Below, piece by piece: positions 28,198-40,262 of a stretch of 64,000 nt of DNA. The translations under genes were made by a program, and so were the position numbers. The stretch covers positions 9,362,001 to 9,426,000 of the forward strand of contig OZ024756.1 of the NCBI GenBank assembly GCA_964016885.1. Reading direction: 5' to 3'. This DNA is from Eledone cirrhosa. Lineage: Eukaryota. The notes beneath the pieces were generated by a model. It was not told the origin of the DNA and did no database searches. It saw only the letters and a program-made list of their open reading frames with translations. Position 1 is the stretch's first letter; each line of letters starts with the position of its first letter.

Positions 28198-31100
28198 CTA
28201 CAGGCTTATGTAAAGAGAAGGCCCATTCACACGGGCCATTCTCGCCACTTTCACCCACCTTTCATAAAAACGACTGGGGTGCAGCACCTCTCTCTCCATC
28301 CTGATCCTTCTTCCGAAATGATATCGGAAGAAACGGACCAGTTGTTGGCCAGAGAGAAAGGTGCCTGACCTCAGTCCTTTCAGACGCGTCCACCATACAA
28401 CCACTTTCGCCATGGCTATTACGCACAGAAACACCGCCTCTGCTTCATCTTTGAAGAGGGGAGGCGGCTTGATCATTACAATAGACTCGGTGGTCAACCG
28501 GATCGGTCCCACCCTTGACAGCAGTTGTTCGACATAGCCCCACAGATCGGCTACGCCCGAGCAGTGTACCAATGCGTGTGCAACGGTTTCCTCGTCGCAC
28601 ACGCATCTGGGACAGATCTTTTTGGCGGGGTCCCTACCCGGGCGCCCGTGTCTGTAGAGCCTTTCTCGAACGGGTAAAGCCCCTCGGTAGCACTGCCAGG
28701 CCAGGGACTTCTGGAAGTTGTCCATAGGTCCCGGGCTGAATGTCCTACCGAACAGGCTGGCCAGTTCGTCCTCCTCCATGTCTAGGGCTTCTCCGAGGGC
28801 GTCGTCGCACCTGCTGCGTACCAGCCCTCTATAGAGTGTTGCGGTGGAGTCTCCACTGATAACCGGATCCGCCTGCCAGAGGGCGGTGAGCGCCTGGGCA
28901 CACTCAGTGTGCCAGGCGCCCAGTTTTCTCGGTCTTTGCTTGACCCAGGATTGCAGCTCGGTGAGTGAGACGAGTCTGGGAAAGGTTCGTCTCACAAACG
29001 AGGCCCACACCGGTTGTCCGGTGAGGAATACGTAGAGGTGCCGTAGCCTTAATGCGTGTTTACGCATCATTAGCCACGGCATCCCCAGCCCTCCTTTCGA
29101 AGGGTGTTGACAGCAGATGGATCTCCTCACCATAGGAGCCCGCCTCTTCCAAAGGAATTGGAAGAGCGCGCGCTCCATCTTGGTGAGGGTTTCCCTTGGG
29201 CAGGGCACTACGGTCAGGCGGTAGTAGTTGACGGACGCTATATAAGTGTTCGCCACCTCCGCCCGACCTTTCAGGGATAGTTTGCAACTGGCCCACTTCT
29301 GGGTCAGTGCAAACACCCTGTTCGTAACCTCCGCCCAGTTTTTCTCCACCTGGAGGTCCGGTCCGAACCAGACCCCGAGCAACTTCACCGGGCCCTCCGT
29401 CCAGCGTCCGACGACGCCATCGGAGGGCATCGGTCTGCCCCTCCACGTGCCGAGTTGCAAACCGATCGACTTGTCCCGGTTCAGCTTAGCCCCTGTGAAC
29501 TTTTCGTACTCCTCCAGTAAGGTGCCGACCGCCTCGATTTCGGAGGCCGTCGACACCATTACTGTCACATCATCGGCGTAGGCTGACACCGCTTTCCGCA
29601 ATCCCGGTTCCAAAGGGATGCCCTGCAACAACTCCAACTTCCGCAGTAGTGGCTCGAGAGTCAACACATACAGAAGTGAGGAGAGAGGGCACCCTTGTCG
29701 GATGGACCGCGCGATTTTGAACGGCTCCGAGAGGTAGCCGTTCACCTTGACCCTAGAGCAGATGCGGCTGCTGTGCATAGCAGTGATCCAGCCCCTGAAA
29801 ACGGGTCCGAAGCCTGCCGCCGCTAGCACCGCATCCAGGTAACCATGGTCGACCCTATCGAACGCCTTAGATTGATCCAAGTTGATCAGAGCCCCACCAA
29901 AGCCGGGTTCGTTCCCAACCCTCTCTATGATGTATCGCATGAGGTGGAGGTTGTCATGGATGGACCTGGAAGGGATAGCGCATGTCTGCGCATCTCCCAC
30001 CAGGTTGCCCACGACAAGCGCCAACCTCTTTGCTAGCACCTTGGCCAAAATCTGTAACTCTGTATTTAGCAGAGTTATGGGCCTGAAGTTACTTATTTCG
30101 TCCCCCTTGTTCTCGTCCTTCCTCACTAGCGTGACTACGCCCTTGGTCACAGTACAGGGAATTCTCCCGTTCTGTTGCCAGTTGCAGTAGACCGCCTCGA
30201 GGAGATCGGGGAACAAGTCCGGCATAGCTAGATATAATTCGTAAGGAAGACCATCGAGACCCGGGGATTTGCGTTTGCCGCATTGGCTCAGCACGTCCTC
30301 TATCTCAGCGGCCGAAATCGGCTCCTCGCAGGACTTCGCCTCCCTGTCCGAGAGGCGCGGCAGGCCGTCGAGGTATGGACCGAAGTCCACGTTCCCAACC
30401 GGCTCCCCGCCCCTCCCGAACAGTCGGGCAAAGTGCCTTTGAAAGGCCTCACACATCTGCTTAGGCTCAAGAATCGCCCGTCCATCCAGGTCTCGCAAAG
30501 ACCGGATGGTGGATTTAGTTCCACTGTTGGCCTCTGTCACGCGGGCCCAGCTAACAGCTTTGGTCCCCTCGTTCCCTAGAGCACGTATTTTACTTCGGAC
30601 AACGCAACCTTCGTGCTTCGCGTCGAAAAACTGGCTCAAAGCCGTTCTCGACGCTAGCACTCTGGCCACGTCGCCGCTTCTAATTGCCTCTTCTACTCTA
30701 TCTATTAGCTCCCTTTCCTTCCTATTCCTATCCGCAGCTAGAACCTTACTAAATTCAATCGAGACTACTCTAATCTCTCTCTTTAGAGATACCCACCACC
30801 TGCTGTTGACGATCGCTCCAGTCAACCGTTCCTTAACTAACGTACTAATCCGATTCCTGTAGGCTCTACTTGCCGGCAAGGACAAGTTGAGCTTCCAGTA
30901 ACCGGGGCCCTGTCTATGCGTTCTATCAAGGTTGACCATGCAGGTCACCAACTTGTGGTCTGAATAGCCAACCATGAGCATTTCTGGACAGCTTAAAAAG
31001 TCCCTGTCCTTATTTCTAACTAAAAATCTATCTAGGTACGATCTAGATGATCCGCTGCGATTTGACCAAGACCAGGTTGGCACCGTCGGAAAATCTAGTC

Positions 31101-31635
31101 GAAATCTATCGGCCAGGTCAAATCGGCCGAGTAACCCCTTGAGGCTGTTGCACCCCTCTCTATCGGGACATGCCTCTGCATAGTCCCAACGTGCATCCAG
31201 GATACCATTCCAATCCCCCACTAAAAGCAGGGAACGGGACGTCCCTAGAAAAGACTCCAGACGCTGGAAAAAGTCGGGCCGCTCTGTCCCAAAAGGGGCA
31301 TATGCGGCTATCAGCCTAAAGGCTCTACCTTCACCACTGCCAAGGTCCAGCACCACCAGTCGACCCCCTGGGTCCAAGTGAACTATCTGTGTTGCAAGGC
31401 CCATATGTTTTTGCAGCAGAACGACAACCCCACCTCCACCTCCGGGCTGACAGAGAGATGCGTGCATCTCAAAGTCGTCAAAGGTGGGGGCTAGCTGTCG
31501 CATGCTGCTGATCCGGGCCTCGCAGATAACCATCACATTTATAGATTGTGACCTGAGGTCATTTAGAAGCATTGCTTGCTTCCAAGACGAGCCCAGGCCA
31601 CGCGCATTTAGACACCCTACTCTTAGCACAGCCAT
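28198..31635 (-). CDS. Tx1 ORF2: AP endonuclease - reverse transcriptase - CCHC knuckle, 1145 aa, uninterrupted
   Basis: NARGL/ICEAR/GDWN/SYLDRF/SDHK (APE); KSPGLDG, FRPITLLN, LDQSKAFDRV, RQGCPLS, AYADD, LLGVWF (RT); CPRC-EETVAHALVHC. Confidence 0.95.
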   Translation of the reverse strand: MAVLRVGCLNARGLGSSWKQAMLLNDLRSQSINVMVICEARISSMRQLAPTFDDFEMHASLCQPGGGGGVVVLLQKHMGLATQIVHLDPGGRLVVLDLGSGEGRAFRLIAAYAPFGTERPDFFQRLESFLGTSRSLLLVGDWNGILDARWDYAEACPDREGCNSLKGLLGRFDLADRFRLDFPTVPTWSWSNRSGSSRSYLDRFLVRNKDRDFLSCPEMLMVGYSDHKLVTCMVNLDRTHRQGPGYWKLNLSLPASRAYRNRISTLVKERLTGAIVNSRWWVSLKREIRVVSIEFSKVLAADRNRKERELIDRVEEAIRSGDVARVLASRTALSQFFDAKHEGCVVRSKIRALGNEGTKAVSWARVTEANSGTKSTIRSLRDLDGRAILEPKQMCEAFQRHFARLFGRGGEPVGNVDFGPYLDGLPRLSDREAKSCEEPISAAEIEDVLSQCGKRKSPGLDGLPYELYLAMPDLFPDLLEAVYCNWQQNGRIPCTVTKGVVTLVRKDENKGDEISNFRPITLLNTELQILAKVLAKRLALVVGNLVGDAQTCAIPSRSIHDNLHLMRYIIERVGNEPGFGGALINLDQSKAFDRVDHGYLDAVLAAAGFGPVFRGWITAMHSSRICSRVKVNGYLSEPFKIARSIRQGCPLSSLLYVLTLEPLLRKLELLQGIPLEPGLRKAVSAYADDVTVMVSTASEIEAVGTLLEEYEKFTGAKLNRDKSIGLQLGTWRGRPMPSDGVVGRWTEGPVKLLGVWFGPDLQVEKNWAEVTNRVFALTQKWASCKLSLKGRAEVANTYIASVNYYRLTVVPCPRETLTKMERALFQFLWKRRAPMVRRSICCQHPSKGGLGMPWLMMRKHALRLRHLYVFLTGQPVWASFVRRTFPRLVSLTELQSWVKQRPRKLGAWHTECAQALTALWQADPVISGDSTATLYRGLVRSRCDDALGEALDMEEDELASLFGRTFSPGPMDNFQKSLAWQCYRGALPVRERLYRHGRPGRDPAKKICPRCVCDEETVAHALVHCSGVADLWGYVEQLLSRVGPIRLTTESIVMIKPPPLFKDEAEAVFLCVIAMAKVVVWWTRLKGLRSGTFLSGQQLVRFFRYHFGRRIRMEREVLHPSRFYERWVKVARMARVNGPSLYISL

Positions 31636-31668
31636 GTTGGTGGTAAAGAGAAAAGGGAAACGGGCCGC

Positions 31669-33300
31669 TCAATTTCCATGCTGGTTGGGGATGGGTTGTT
31701 GGGTGGGGTGGTGGTTTGTGGAAGTGAAGGGGCATCGGTGTGTTGTGGGGTTGGGGTGTTTGTCGTTGAGTGGGTGTCTGGGTGGGGGGGGGGGGAAATT
31801 TTTTAGGAGGACGCGGTTGATTGGTTTGGCGCAGGTGGGGGGGGGGGGGGGCACGTCCTCCGTGAAATTTATTTTCAGTCTTTTGTACAAGTGCATTGGG
31901 ACTTTTATCATTTTCAAATGAGGTAGTCCCACAGCAGTTATAAAGTTTGGCCCTTCGGTTTGGACCGAAGGGTTTGCTGAAATTGTTTTCCGTAATTCTT
32001 TGTTGTCTGTGTTCATATATGTGTATTGTAAGGTCTTTTTTTGTGTAGCAGTTAGTGTTGTGTGACAGGGAGGGGTGGTTTGTGTGTAGTTTGTGTTCTC
32101 TTGGGGGGGGGGGGGGGGGGTTAAAGTTAACATGTGTGTCTGTGGTGCGTCTCCTCTTCTTTCTTTTTACTTGTTGAAAAGGATCTTTTTCGTCTTGCGA
32201 CGAAAGAGGTTCGTCTTCCTTGTTGGGTGGGAGGGGTATGTTTTCTGGTAGTGTTTGCGGTGTGCGTGTTTTTGTATTTGTTTTGGGTGGGGAGGGATTG
32301 GGTGGGACAGTATTCTGTGTTATTTTTTCACGTGTTTGTTGTTGTTGTTGTTGTGGTGGTGGTGGTGGTGGGGTTGTTGGTTTTTGTTGTTGTTGTGGTT
32401 GTTTTTGTTGTTGTAGTTGGGGTGGTGTTGGTGTTGGTAGCAGTGTTTTTTTCTGTGTGAGCTGGGGACAGGCAGCCCTCAGGTGACCTCTATTGCCACA
32501 GAGGTAACAGGAGGGACGCCTACCCTCCACAATAATGTTGAGGTGGGTACGGTCATCCAGCATGACGCGCTCAGGGATTTGGGCGATGCGTTCTGGCCTT
32601 ATTTGGGTCAGAACTTCGAGGCTCGTTCCACTGAACGCATCGCCGGATGCCTTCCCTATTGAAATGAGGTTGTCCTCGTCTAAATTGAGGAAACCGGTTA
32701 GTAACCACCAGTAGTTTATGTTTGGGGTGATGGTGGTTATCCATATCCTCTGGGTTTTTTTACCCATGTAGGTGGGGAAGAATGTGTAGTGTGTGGACCG
32801 AATTGGCGACACAGAGTATTTTTTTGCCGCCAATTCGTCTTTCATCAATATGGATAAACTCCCATAGAGTTTATCCTTTTGTATGAAAGTGATGTCTCTC
32901 ATCGCGTCTTTCAAGACTAACTGAATTTCCGCTTGAGATGGTTGCGCTGGTTTCTTTGTTTTATTTAAAATTGTTCGGAATACGACAGTTCGTAATTCCG
33001 TCTGTCTTTTTAGCTCCGGAGGTGAATGTATAGAAAACGAACCGTTTTCGCCAAAAGACACATATTTCTTGGCTTTTTCCAGCATTTCTTTTGCTTTTGA
33101 AATATCTTCCAGCACATAAGCGACTGATAATTTAGCCGTTTGTGCAAAAGATATTTTGTTTTCGTTTTGGATATTAGTATTGTTTTGTTTCTCGTCGTTT
33201 GAGTTGTTTTCATCTTTGTTGTTGTTGTTGTCTTTCTCGTTTCGTGTGTGGATACTTGTGACGTTTGTGTTGTTGTTGTTTTTGTTGTCTTTATTGTTGC

Positions 33301-33331
<31 letters not shown>

Positions 33332-33511
33332 GTTGTTTTCAAATTCTTGTGTAGTTGTGGCTACATCTAGTGGTCGGTCAACAGGTGAAGACAATTCTTC
33401 CTCTCTCTGACCTCTGCCTTTGGCATCTGCTGCTGTGACAGTGGCAGGGGGAAGCTGTGAGTATGACTTCCCCTTTCCTTCTTTGATTGATGGTGAAGAT
33501 GCTTCAGCCAT
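31669..33511 (-). CDS. Tx1 ORF1 (zinc knuckle CYLCGNRGHLRAAC); apparent frameshift at the G-homopolymer ~32103-32120
   Basis: ATG of MAEASSPS at 33511; the conserved C-terminal block (NPSVQTEGPNF..LKMIKVP) lies in the alternative frame 31669-32133; exact 3' end uncertain. Confidence 0.75.
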
Positions 33512-33736
33512 TTTTCTCAAAATAGGGTTTTTCGAAGTTTTTCGAAAGATAAAATGTTTACAATACTATTTCGCCCAAAGGCGCAGAATATTTTGAGAGA
33601 CCGACCAGATCAAAATTTGACCTGGCAGTCCCTCTACAAAATGGTACAAAAATGAAAGTTTACAGTTTACAATTTCCGTATGAATTTAAACAAAAACTTA
33701 CCGAGCGAGCTCAGCACATGTGTCCATCGACAGAGA

Positions 33737-33773
<37 letters not shown>

Positions 33774-34586
33774 GTGTTCTCACCACAGTATTTAACGAGT
33801 TTTATTCGAAACGCTGGTATTTTATGTGCAAGCCTGTCTACACGTGTGGACAAAAATGTGTGTTTCTGCTTTTGTCTTTCAACATATAAGCTACGCTAGA
33901 CAGTCTTAAAAAAAGACCATGACATTTGTCCGTCACACCTGTATGTTATATATAAAACACTAACTGGCCTCGTGTCGTCTAAAATGACGGTTAATTGTAG
34001 TATCTATATATAATATAAAAAAAGAGATATTTGTTTGTTAGTTGGTTGGTTCCTTCGCGCTCACTCGTAGCTTCACTGTATACAACGGTTGTAGTTGCGA
34101 TTTTGTCGAAGGAGACTTGTACTTTTTGCCATGATGAGTTCGTTTATTCACTAATATTTCGTATTTATTTTTCAAAATAGTCGATGATCTTCTTTAAAAG
34201 TTTCGACAAAGTTCTGTCAGAATCAAATTTAAAGTTATTCACAGCTTGGGTAATATTTCTTTTCGGTTAGTTTTTAATTCTACAACTGTGTTTTAAACGT
34301 TCTTGAATCGTTTGAATCGAGAACAAAAAGAACCGTTACTTAGTATATTTCTTTATGAATGTAATATAATATAACAACGCTGTTATGTATGTATGTATGT
34401 ATGTATGTATGTATGTATGTATGTATGTATGTATGTATGTATGTATGTATGTATGTATGTATGTATGTTCAGCACATCGGTAGGGGTTCTCCTACATGGA
34501 TATATATCCCAGATTAAATCAGGGGTAACCACAGTAAGTAAGGTACTCAATACATAGCAGAGTATAAATGTTTAATATAAAAATAT

Positions 34587-34630
34587 CTTCTACAGGACTA
34601 GAACTGTTTCATTCGAAGGCAATCATCAGG
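34587..34630 (-). ncRNA. Type I hammerhead ribozyme (family C) followed by an inverted partial copy
   Basis: Minus: CTGATGA-TTGCCTTCGAAT-GAAA-CAG ttctagtc CTG-TA^GAAG; inverted duplicate at 34633-34677. Confidence 0.7.
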
Positions 34631-34911
34631 ATATGATGATTTCCTTCGAATGAAACAGTTCTAGTCTCCTGCAGAAGACTCTTCTATTGCTCTACAGGCA
34701 AGTTCAGCCACCCTACCTCCCACCCACTGCCATGATAGACTTAATTGTGTTTACAAGAAATTTTGACCAATCCTCTTGACAACTACAATCTTCCCATATA
34801 AGGAATTACCCCTATTATCCCGGCTATTCATCTAATACGCTAAAAATTCTAATTTAGTCCAGAAATAGCCGTCGAAACGGCTTGAGCTCTGCCGTCGGGG
34901 TCTAGCATTTT

Positions 34912-34955
<44 letters not shown>

Positions 34956-34961
<6 letters not shown>

Positions 34962-35730
34962 TTTACATATATATATACATACATATACATATACGTGTTT
35001 TGCAACTGGTCACTTTGTGGCTCAATGAAAAATTAGTAAATCAAACAATCAGAGCTATATATCATAAAACATGTCTATAGAATCACAAGATAAAATATAT
35101 ACTATTTCCTCTCCCAATTAGCATAATTAACTATATAAAAAATCGAATAGACCAGGCTATAAGAATGGGGCTTCTATGAAGAAATCTCCGACAAATAACC
35201 GAAACTAGCGCTTCGCGTCGGCCGCAGCGGAATATTTATCGAATATTTCGACAGCGTAATCGCCCAGATATAGTCAACTAAACAGAATTAGGTGTAAAAT
35301 AAACTAGGAGAAAATAGAATACATTTAAATACCTCTACCATGGTTTCGTCCGTATTTTGAGTTTTCCAATAATTATGTAATAATTATATAAACTCGAGCG
35401 CCGGATTCATCAGGAAGCTCGCTCTTATCTAGACACTAAATTTTCCAAAGGGATCGCGCCAAGAATTCATTTCAAAATGGCTAAAAATCGTGACGTAGCC
35501 GCGGTCAGGTTGGAAGGGGTGTGGTAGTTGCTTACGACTGGTGGCATTTTTGCTAGAAAGCACAGCACAATACAGCCAAATTTGCATCTCAACCTAATGG
35601 AAGATTATTACATATAAAAGTTTACATATATATATACATACATATACATATACGTGTTTTGCAACTGGTCACTTTGTGGCTCAATGAAAAATTAATAAAT
35701 TAAACAATCAGAGCTATATATCATAAAACT
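34956..35730 (-). mobile_element. Hammerhead-containing element with 659-bp terminal direct-repeat period
   Basis: 34956-35070 is repeated at 35615-35729; HHR at 35332-35417 lies between them. Confidence 0.7.
35332..35417 (-). ncRNA. Type I hammerhead ribozyme with long stem II insert
   Basis: Minus: CTTC-CTGATGA-A-TCCG...CGGA-C-GAAA-CCATG-GTA^GAGG; palindromic ACCATGGT. Confidence 0.75.
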
Positions 35731-35852
35731 GGAATCATATGATTCCAGTTCCTCAGTGAAATAACAACTCAACAAGGAACTGGGCATATCAGAGTATTGA
35801 CAATATTATACACCTCAACAACATATGTACTTGTCTATACCACACTAATTCA

Positions 35853-35909
35853 TACTGCCTGAAGAGGTCACAGCCAAAGATTGCTGTCACTGAAATATAT
35901 ATAGCAGTA
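35853..35909 (+). ncRNA. Type I hammerhead ribozyme (family D)
   Basis: TACTGC-CTGAAGA-GGTCACAGC caaagatt GCTGTCACT-GAAA-TATAT-ATA^GCAGTA; second copy 54411-54465. Confidence 0.85.
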
Positions 35910-36050
35910 ATAAACTAAGCTAAATTTTAAACACTTGACTTTTTATTTAACTTTATTTTACATTACTCCGGAGTAACCAAACCAACCTGCGCACTTCGTC
36001 GAGTCCTCCAGCCTGCATATGAGGTGTTGGTATACAACCAACATATACTC

Positions 36051-36177
<127 letters not shown>

Positions 36178-36523
36178 ATATATATGTACACAAACATATA
36201 CACGGAAACACACACATATATACACACACATGGAATGTGCGCCACCGTGACTCAACGAAACACAGGTGCAGGCGAGAAGTGAGTTAAATGATAGCGATGT
36301 AGATAGGCAGAAAGACTGAAGAAAGCCAAGTTGTGAGTGCCACTCAAGCCGGCTGTCACATCCATCTCCACTCTCTCTTGCTAACTCCCACTCAATATGT
36401 TTCGGGTTGCCACATCTTTAAGATGTCATCTTACAGACATTATACTCCCAGTATATATCCAGCCATCTTATATCTAAGCGGTTTTTTATCAACGTATCTT
36501 TAACACCCATCCACACACACACA

Positions 36524-36575
<52 letters not shown>

Positions 36576-36937
36576 CATTATGAAGAGAGAAGAAACATTT
36601 AGATATAATTAGTAATAAAATGTATCATACCTAAACTGTTCCTAAATTCCTCGACTACGTAGTTTCGTGGCATAAACAAAAACAATATATCAAAGATATA
36701 GAGTCCTTGCGAGGTCTGCCGACTTATCAAGAGGATACCTCATTTTACTAGTCTCAAGAACGCGTCTACACGACGTGAGAAAGAATCCCATACTGGTTCA
36801 GTCTGGTTCAAACTGAATTGGTCTGTCCCAGTCATTCATTGAGCAACATCGGTGAAGTTGGCACCCTTAACTCACAGTTGGGTGCGGATGCATTCATGTA
36901 TATATGTGTGTGTCCGCATGTATCAGTGTGTTTCTAA

Positions 36938-36982
<45 letters not shown>

Positions 36983-37197
36983 GATATTAACAAATGGAAA
37001 CTATATTTATAAAACCATATCTATTTTATTATACATATTTCAAGGATACCATGTTAAATTATGGTATGTCTTCATCAGAAAATACAATGTATACCAGTTT
37101 TATAAATAAATTTTGACATACCCTTTCAAAATGCAACCGTTACTTTTGGAAGACATCAGGGATATTGGATTTGTTTATTTAATTTAAATAGAACTTT

Positions 37198-37239
<42 letters not shown>

Positions 37240-37325
37240 CTTGTGCATAGAATCACACATAAAACGCTCACACGTACAACCATCCATATACACACACATT
37301 TAGACATGTACGACAATCATATACA

Positions 37326-37619
37326 TGCATACATATATATACATATATACATGTAAATATACACGCATACATATATATACATATATACATATAAATATAT
37401 ACGTATACATATATATTCATATATACGTATAAATATATAGGCATACATATATATACATATATACATATAAATATATACGCATATATATATATACATATAT
37501 ACATATATACATATAAATATATACGCATACATATATATACATATATACATATAAATATATACGCATACATATATATACATATATACATATAAATATATAC
37601 GCATACATATATATATATA

Positions 37620-37655
<36 letters not shown>

Positions 37656-38045
37656 TATACGCAGACATATATATACATATATACATATAAATATATACGA
37701 ATACATATATATACATATATACATATAAATATATACGCATACATATATATACATATATACATATAAATATATACGCATACATATATATACATATATCCAT
37801 ATAAATATATACGCATACAAATATATACATATATACATATAAATATATACGCATACATATATATACATATATACATATAAATATATACGCATACATATAT
37901 ATACATATATACATATAATATATACGCATACATATATATACATATATACATATAAATATATACGCATACATATATATACATATATACATATAAATATATA
38001 CACATACATATATATACATATATCCATATAAATATATACATATAT
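37326..38045. repeat. 38-bp AT-rich minisatellite
   Basis: Unit GCATACATATATATACATATATACATATAAATATATAC (e.g. at 37525 and 37563). Confidence 0.85.
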
Positions 38046-38301
38046 ACACTCTTCTGCATAGAATCACACATGTACGCACACTCATACTCATACCCATACA
38101 CACAAACACACACATATATGCACTCAATTAGACATGTACGTACAATGATATACATGCATACACATATATAAATATATACATATACATACAGACATATATA
38201 CACCCTTGTGCATAGAATCACACATGTACGCTCACATATACACTCACATATACACACATACACAGACGCGCATAGAATTACACACCTACGCTCATACATA
38301 C

Positions 38302-38343
<42 letters not shown>

Positions 38344-38400
38344 TTATACACACAGACATTCACACACAATCATATACACACATATACACACATATAATTA

Positions 38401-40262
38401 CTGGTACAACGTGAAATAAAGTGTCTTGCTCAAGGACACGGTGGACTGGAACAACGTGAAATAAAGTGTCTTGCTCAAGGACACAGTGGACTGGAACAAC
38501 GTGAAATAAAGTATCTTGCTCAAGGACACAGTGGACTGGAACAACGTGAAATCAAGTGTCTTGCTCAAGGAAACAGTGGACTGGAGCAACAGGAAATGCA
38601 GTGTCTTGCTCAAGGACACAGTGGACTGGAGCAACGTGAAATAAAGTGTCTTGCTCAAGGACACAGTGGACTCGAGCAACGTGAAATAAAGTGTGTTGCT
38701 CAAGGACACAGTAAACTGGAGCAACGGGAAGTAAAGTGTCTTGCTCAAGGACACAATGGACTGGAGCAACGTGAAATAAAGTGACTTGCTCAAGGACACA
38801 GTGGACTGGAACAACATGAAATAAAGTGTCTTGCTCAAGGACACAGTAGACTGGAGCAACGTAAATTAAAGTGTCTTGCTGAAGGACACAGTAGACTGGA
38901 ACAACGTGAAATAAAGTGTCTTGTTCAAGGACACAGTGGACTGGAACAACGTGAAATAATGTGTCTTGCTCAAGGACACAGTGGACTGGAGCAACGTGAA
39001 ATAAAGTGTCTTGCTGAAGGACACAGTGGACTGGAGCAACATGAAAAAAAGTGTCTTGCTCAAGGACACACTGGACTGGAACAAGGTGAACTAAAGTGTG
39101 TTGCTCAAGGACACAGTGGACTGGAGCAACGTGAAATAAAGTGTCTTGCTCAAGGACACAGTGGACTGGATCAACGTGAAATAAAGTGTCTTGCTCAAGG
39201 ACACAGTGGATTGGAGCAACGGGAAATAAAGTGTCTTGCTCAAGGACAGTGGACTGGAGCAACGTGAAATAAAGTGCCTTGCTCAAGGACACAGTGGACT
39301 GGAACAAGGTGAAATAAAGTGTCTTGCTCAAGGACAAAGTGAACTGGAGCTACCTGAAATAAAGTGTCTTGTTCAAGGACACAGTGGACTGGAGCTACCT
39401 GAAATAAAGTGTCTTGCTCAAGGACACAGTGGACTGGAGCAACGTGAAATAAAGTGTCTTGCTCAAGGACACAGTAAAGTGGAGCAACGTGAAATAAAGT
39501 GTCTTGCTCAAGGACACAGTGGACTGGAGCAACGTGAAATAAAGTGTCTTGCTCAAGGACACAGTGGACTGGAGCAACGTGAAATAAAGTGTCTTGCTCA
39601 AGGACACAGTGGACTGGATCAACGTGAAATAAAGTGTCTTGCTCAAGGACACAGTGGACTGGAGCAATGTGAAATAAAGTGTCTTGTTCAAGGACGCAGT
39701 GGACTGGAGCAACATGAAATAAAGTGTCTTGCTCAATGACACAGTGGACTGGAGCAACGTGAAATAAAGTGTCTTGCTCAAGGACACAGTGGACTGGAGC
39801 AACATGAAATAAAGTGTCTTGCTCAATGACACAGTAAACTGGAACAACGTGAAATAAAGTGTCTTGTTCAAGGACACAGTGGACTGGAGCAACGTGAAAT
39901 AAAGTGTCTTGCTCAAGGAGAGAGTGGACTGGAGCAACGGGAAATAAAGTGTCTTGCTTAAGGACACAGTGGACTGGAGCAACGTGAAATAAAGTGTCTT
40001 GTTCAATGACACAGTGGACTGGAGCAACGTGAAATAAAGTGTCTTGCTCAAGGACACAATGGACTGGAGCAACGTGAAATAAAGTGTCTTGCTCAAGGAC
40101 ACAGTGGACTGGAACAACGTGAAATAAAGTGTCTTGCTCAAGGACACAGTAGACTGGAGCAACGTGAAATAAAGTGTCTTGCTCAAGGACAGTGGACTGG
40201 GGTATCATGAAATAAAATGTCTTGCTCAAGGACAGTGGTCTGGGTTAACATGAAATAAAATG
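38401..40262. repeat. 45-bp satellite (~41 units) derived from the CORE-like segment of the OR-like SINE
   Basis: Unit CTGGAGCAACGTGAAATAAAGTGTCTTGCTCAAGGACACAGTGGA closely matches the SINE segments at 48825-48865 and 57591-57628. Confidence 0.92.

Larger units (their letters stand above)
27934..33736 (-). mobile_element. Tx1-clade non-LTR retrotransposon, full-length copy C
   Basis: 5'UTR, ORF1, intact ORF2 and 3'UTR ending GGCAAATAAAAGAAACA; AAAGATAGATA (11-bp TSD) at 27923-27933 and 33737-33747; (GATA)n at 33740-33773. Confidence 0.95.

Noticed and set aside
38398-40229. Repeat-protein ORFs (LEQREIKCLAQGHSG; VLEQDTLFHVAPVHC)
   Set aside because: By-product of a 45-bp SINE-derived satellite; scattered stops and 2-bp deletions break the frames.
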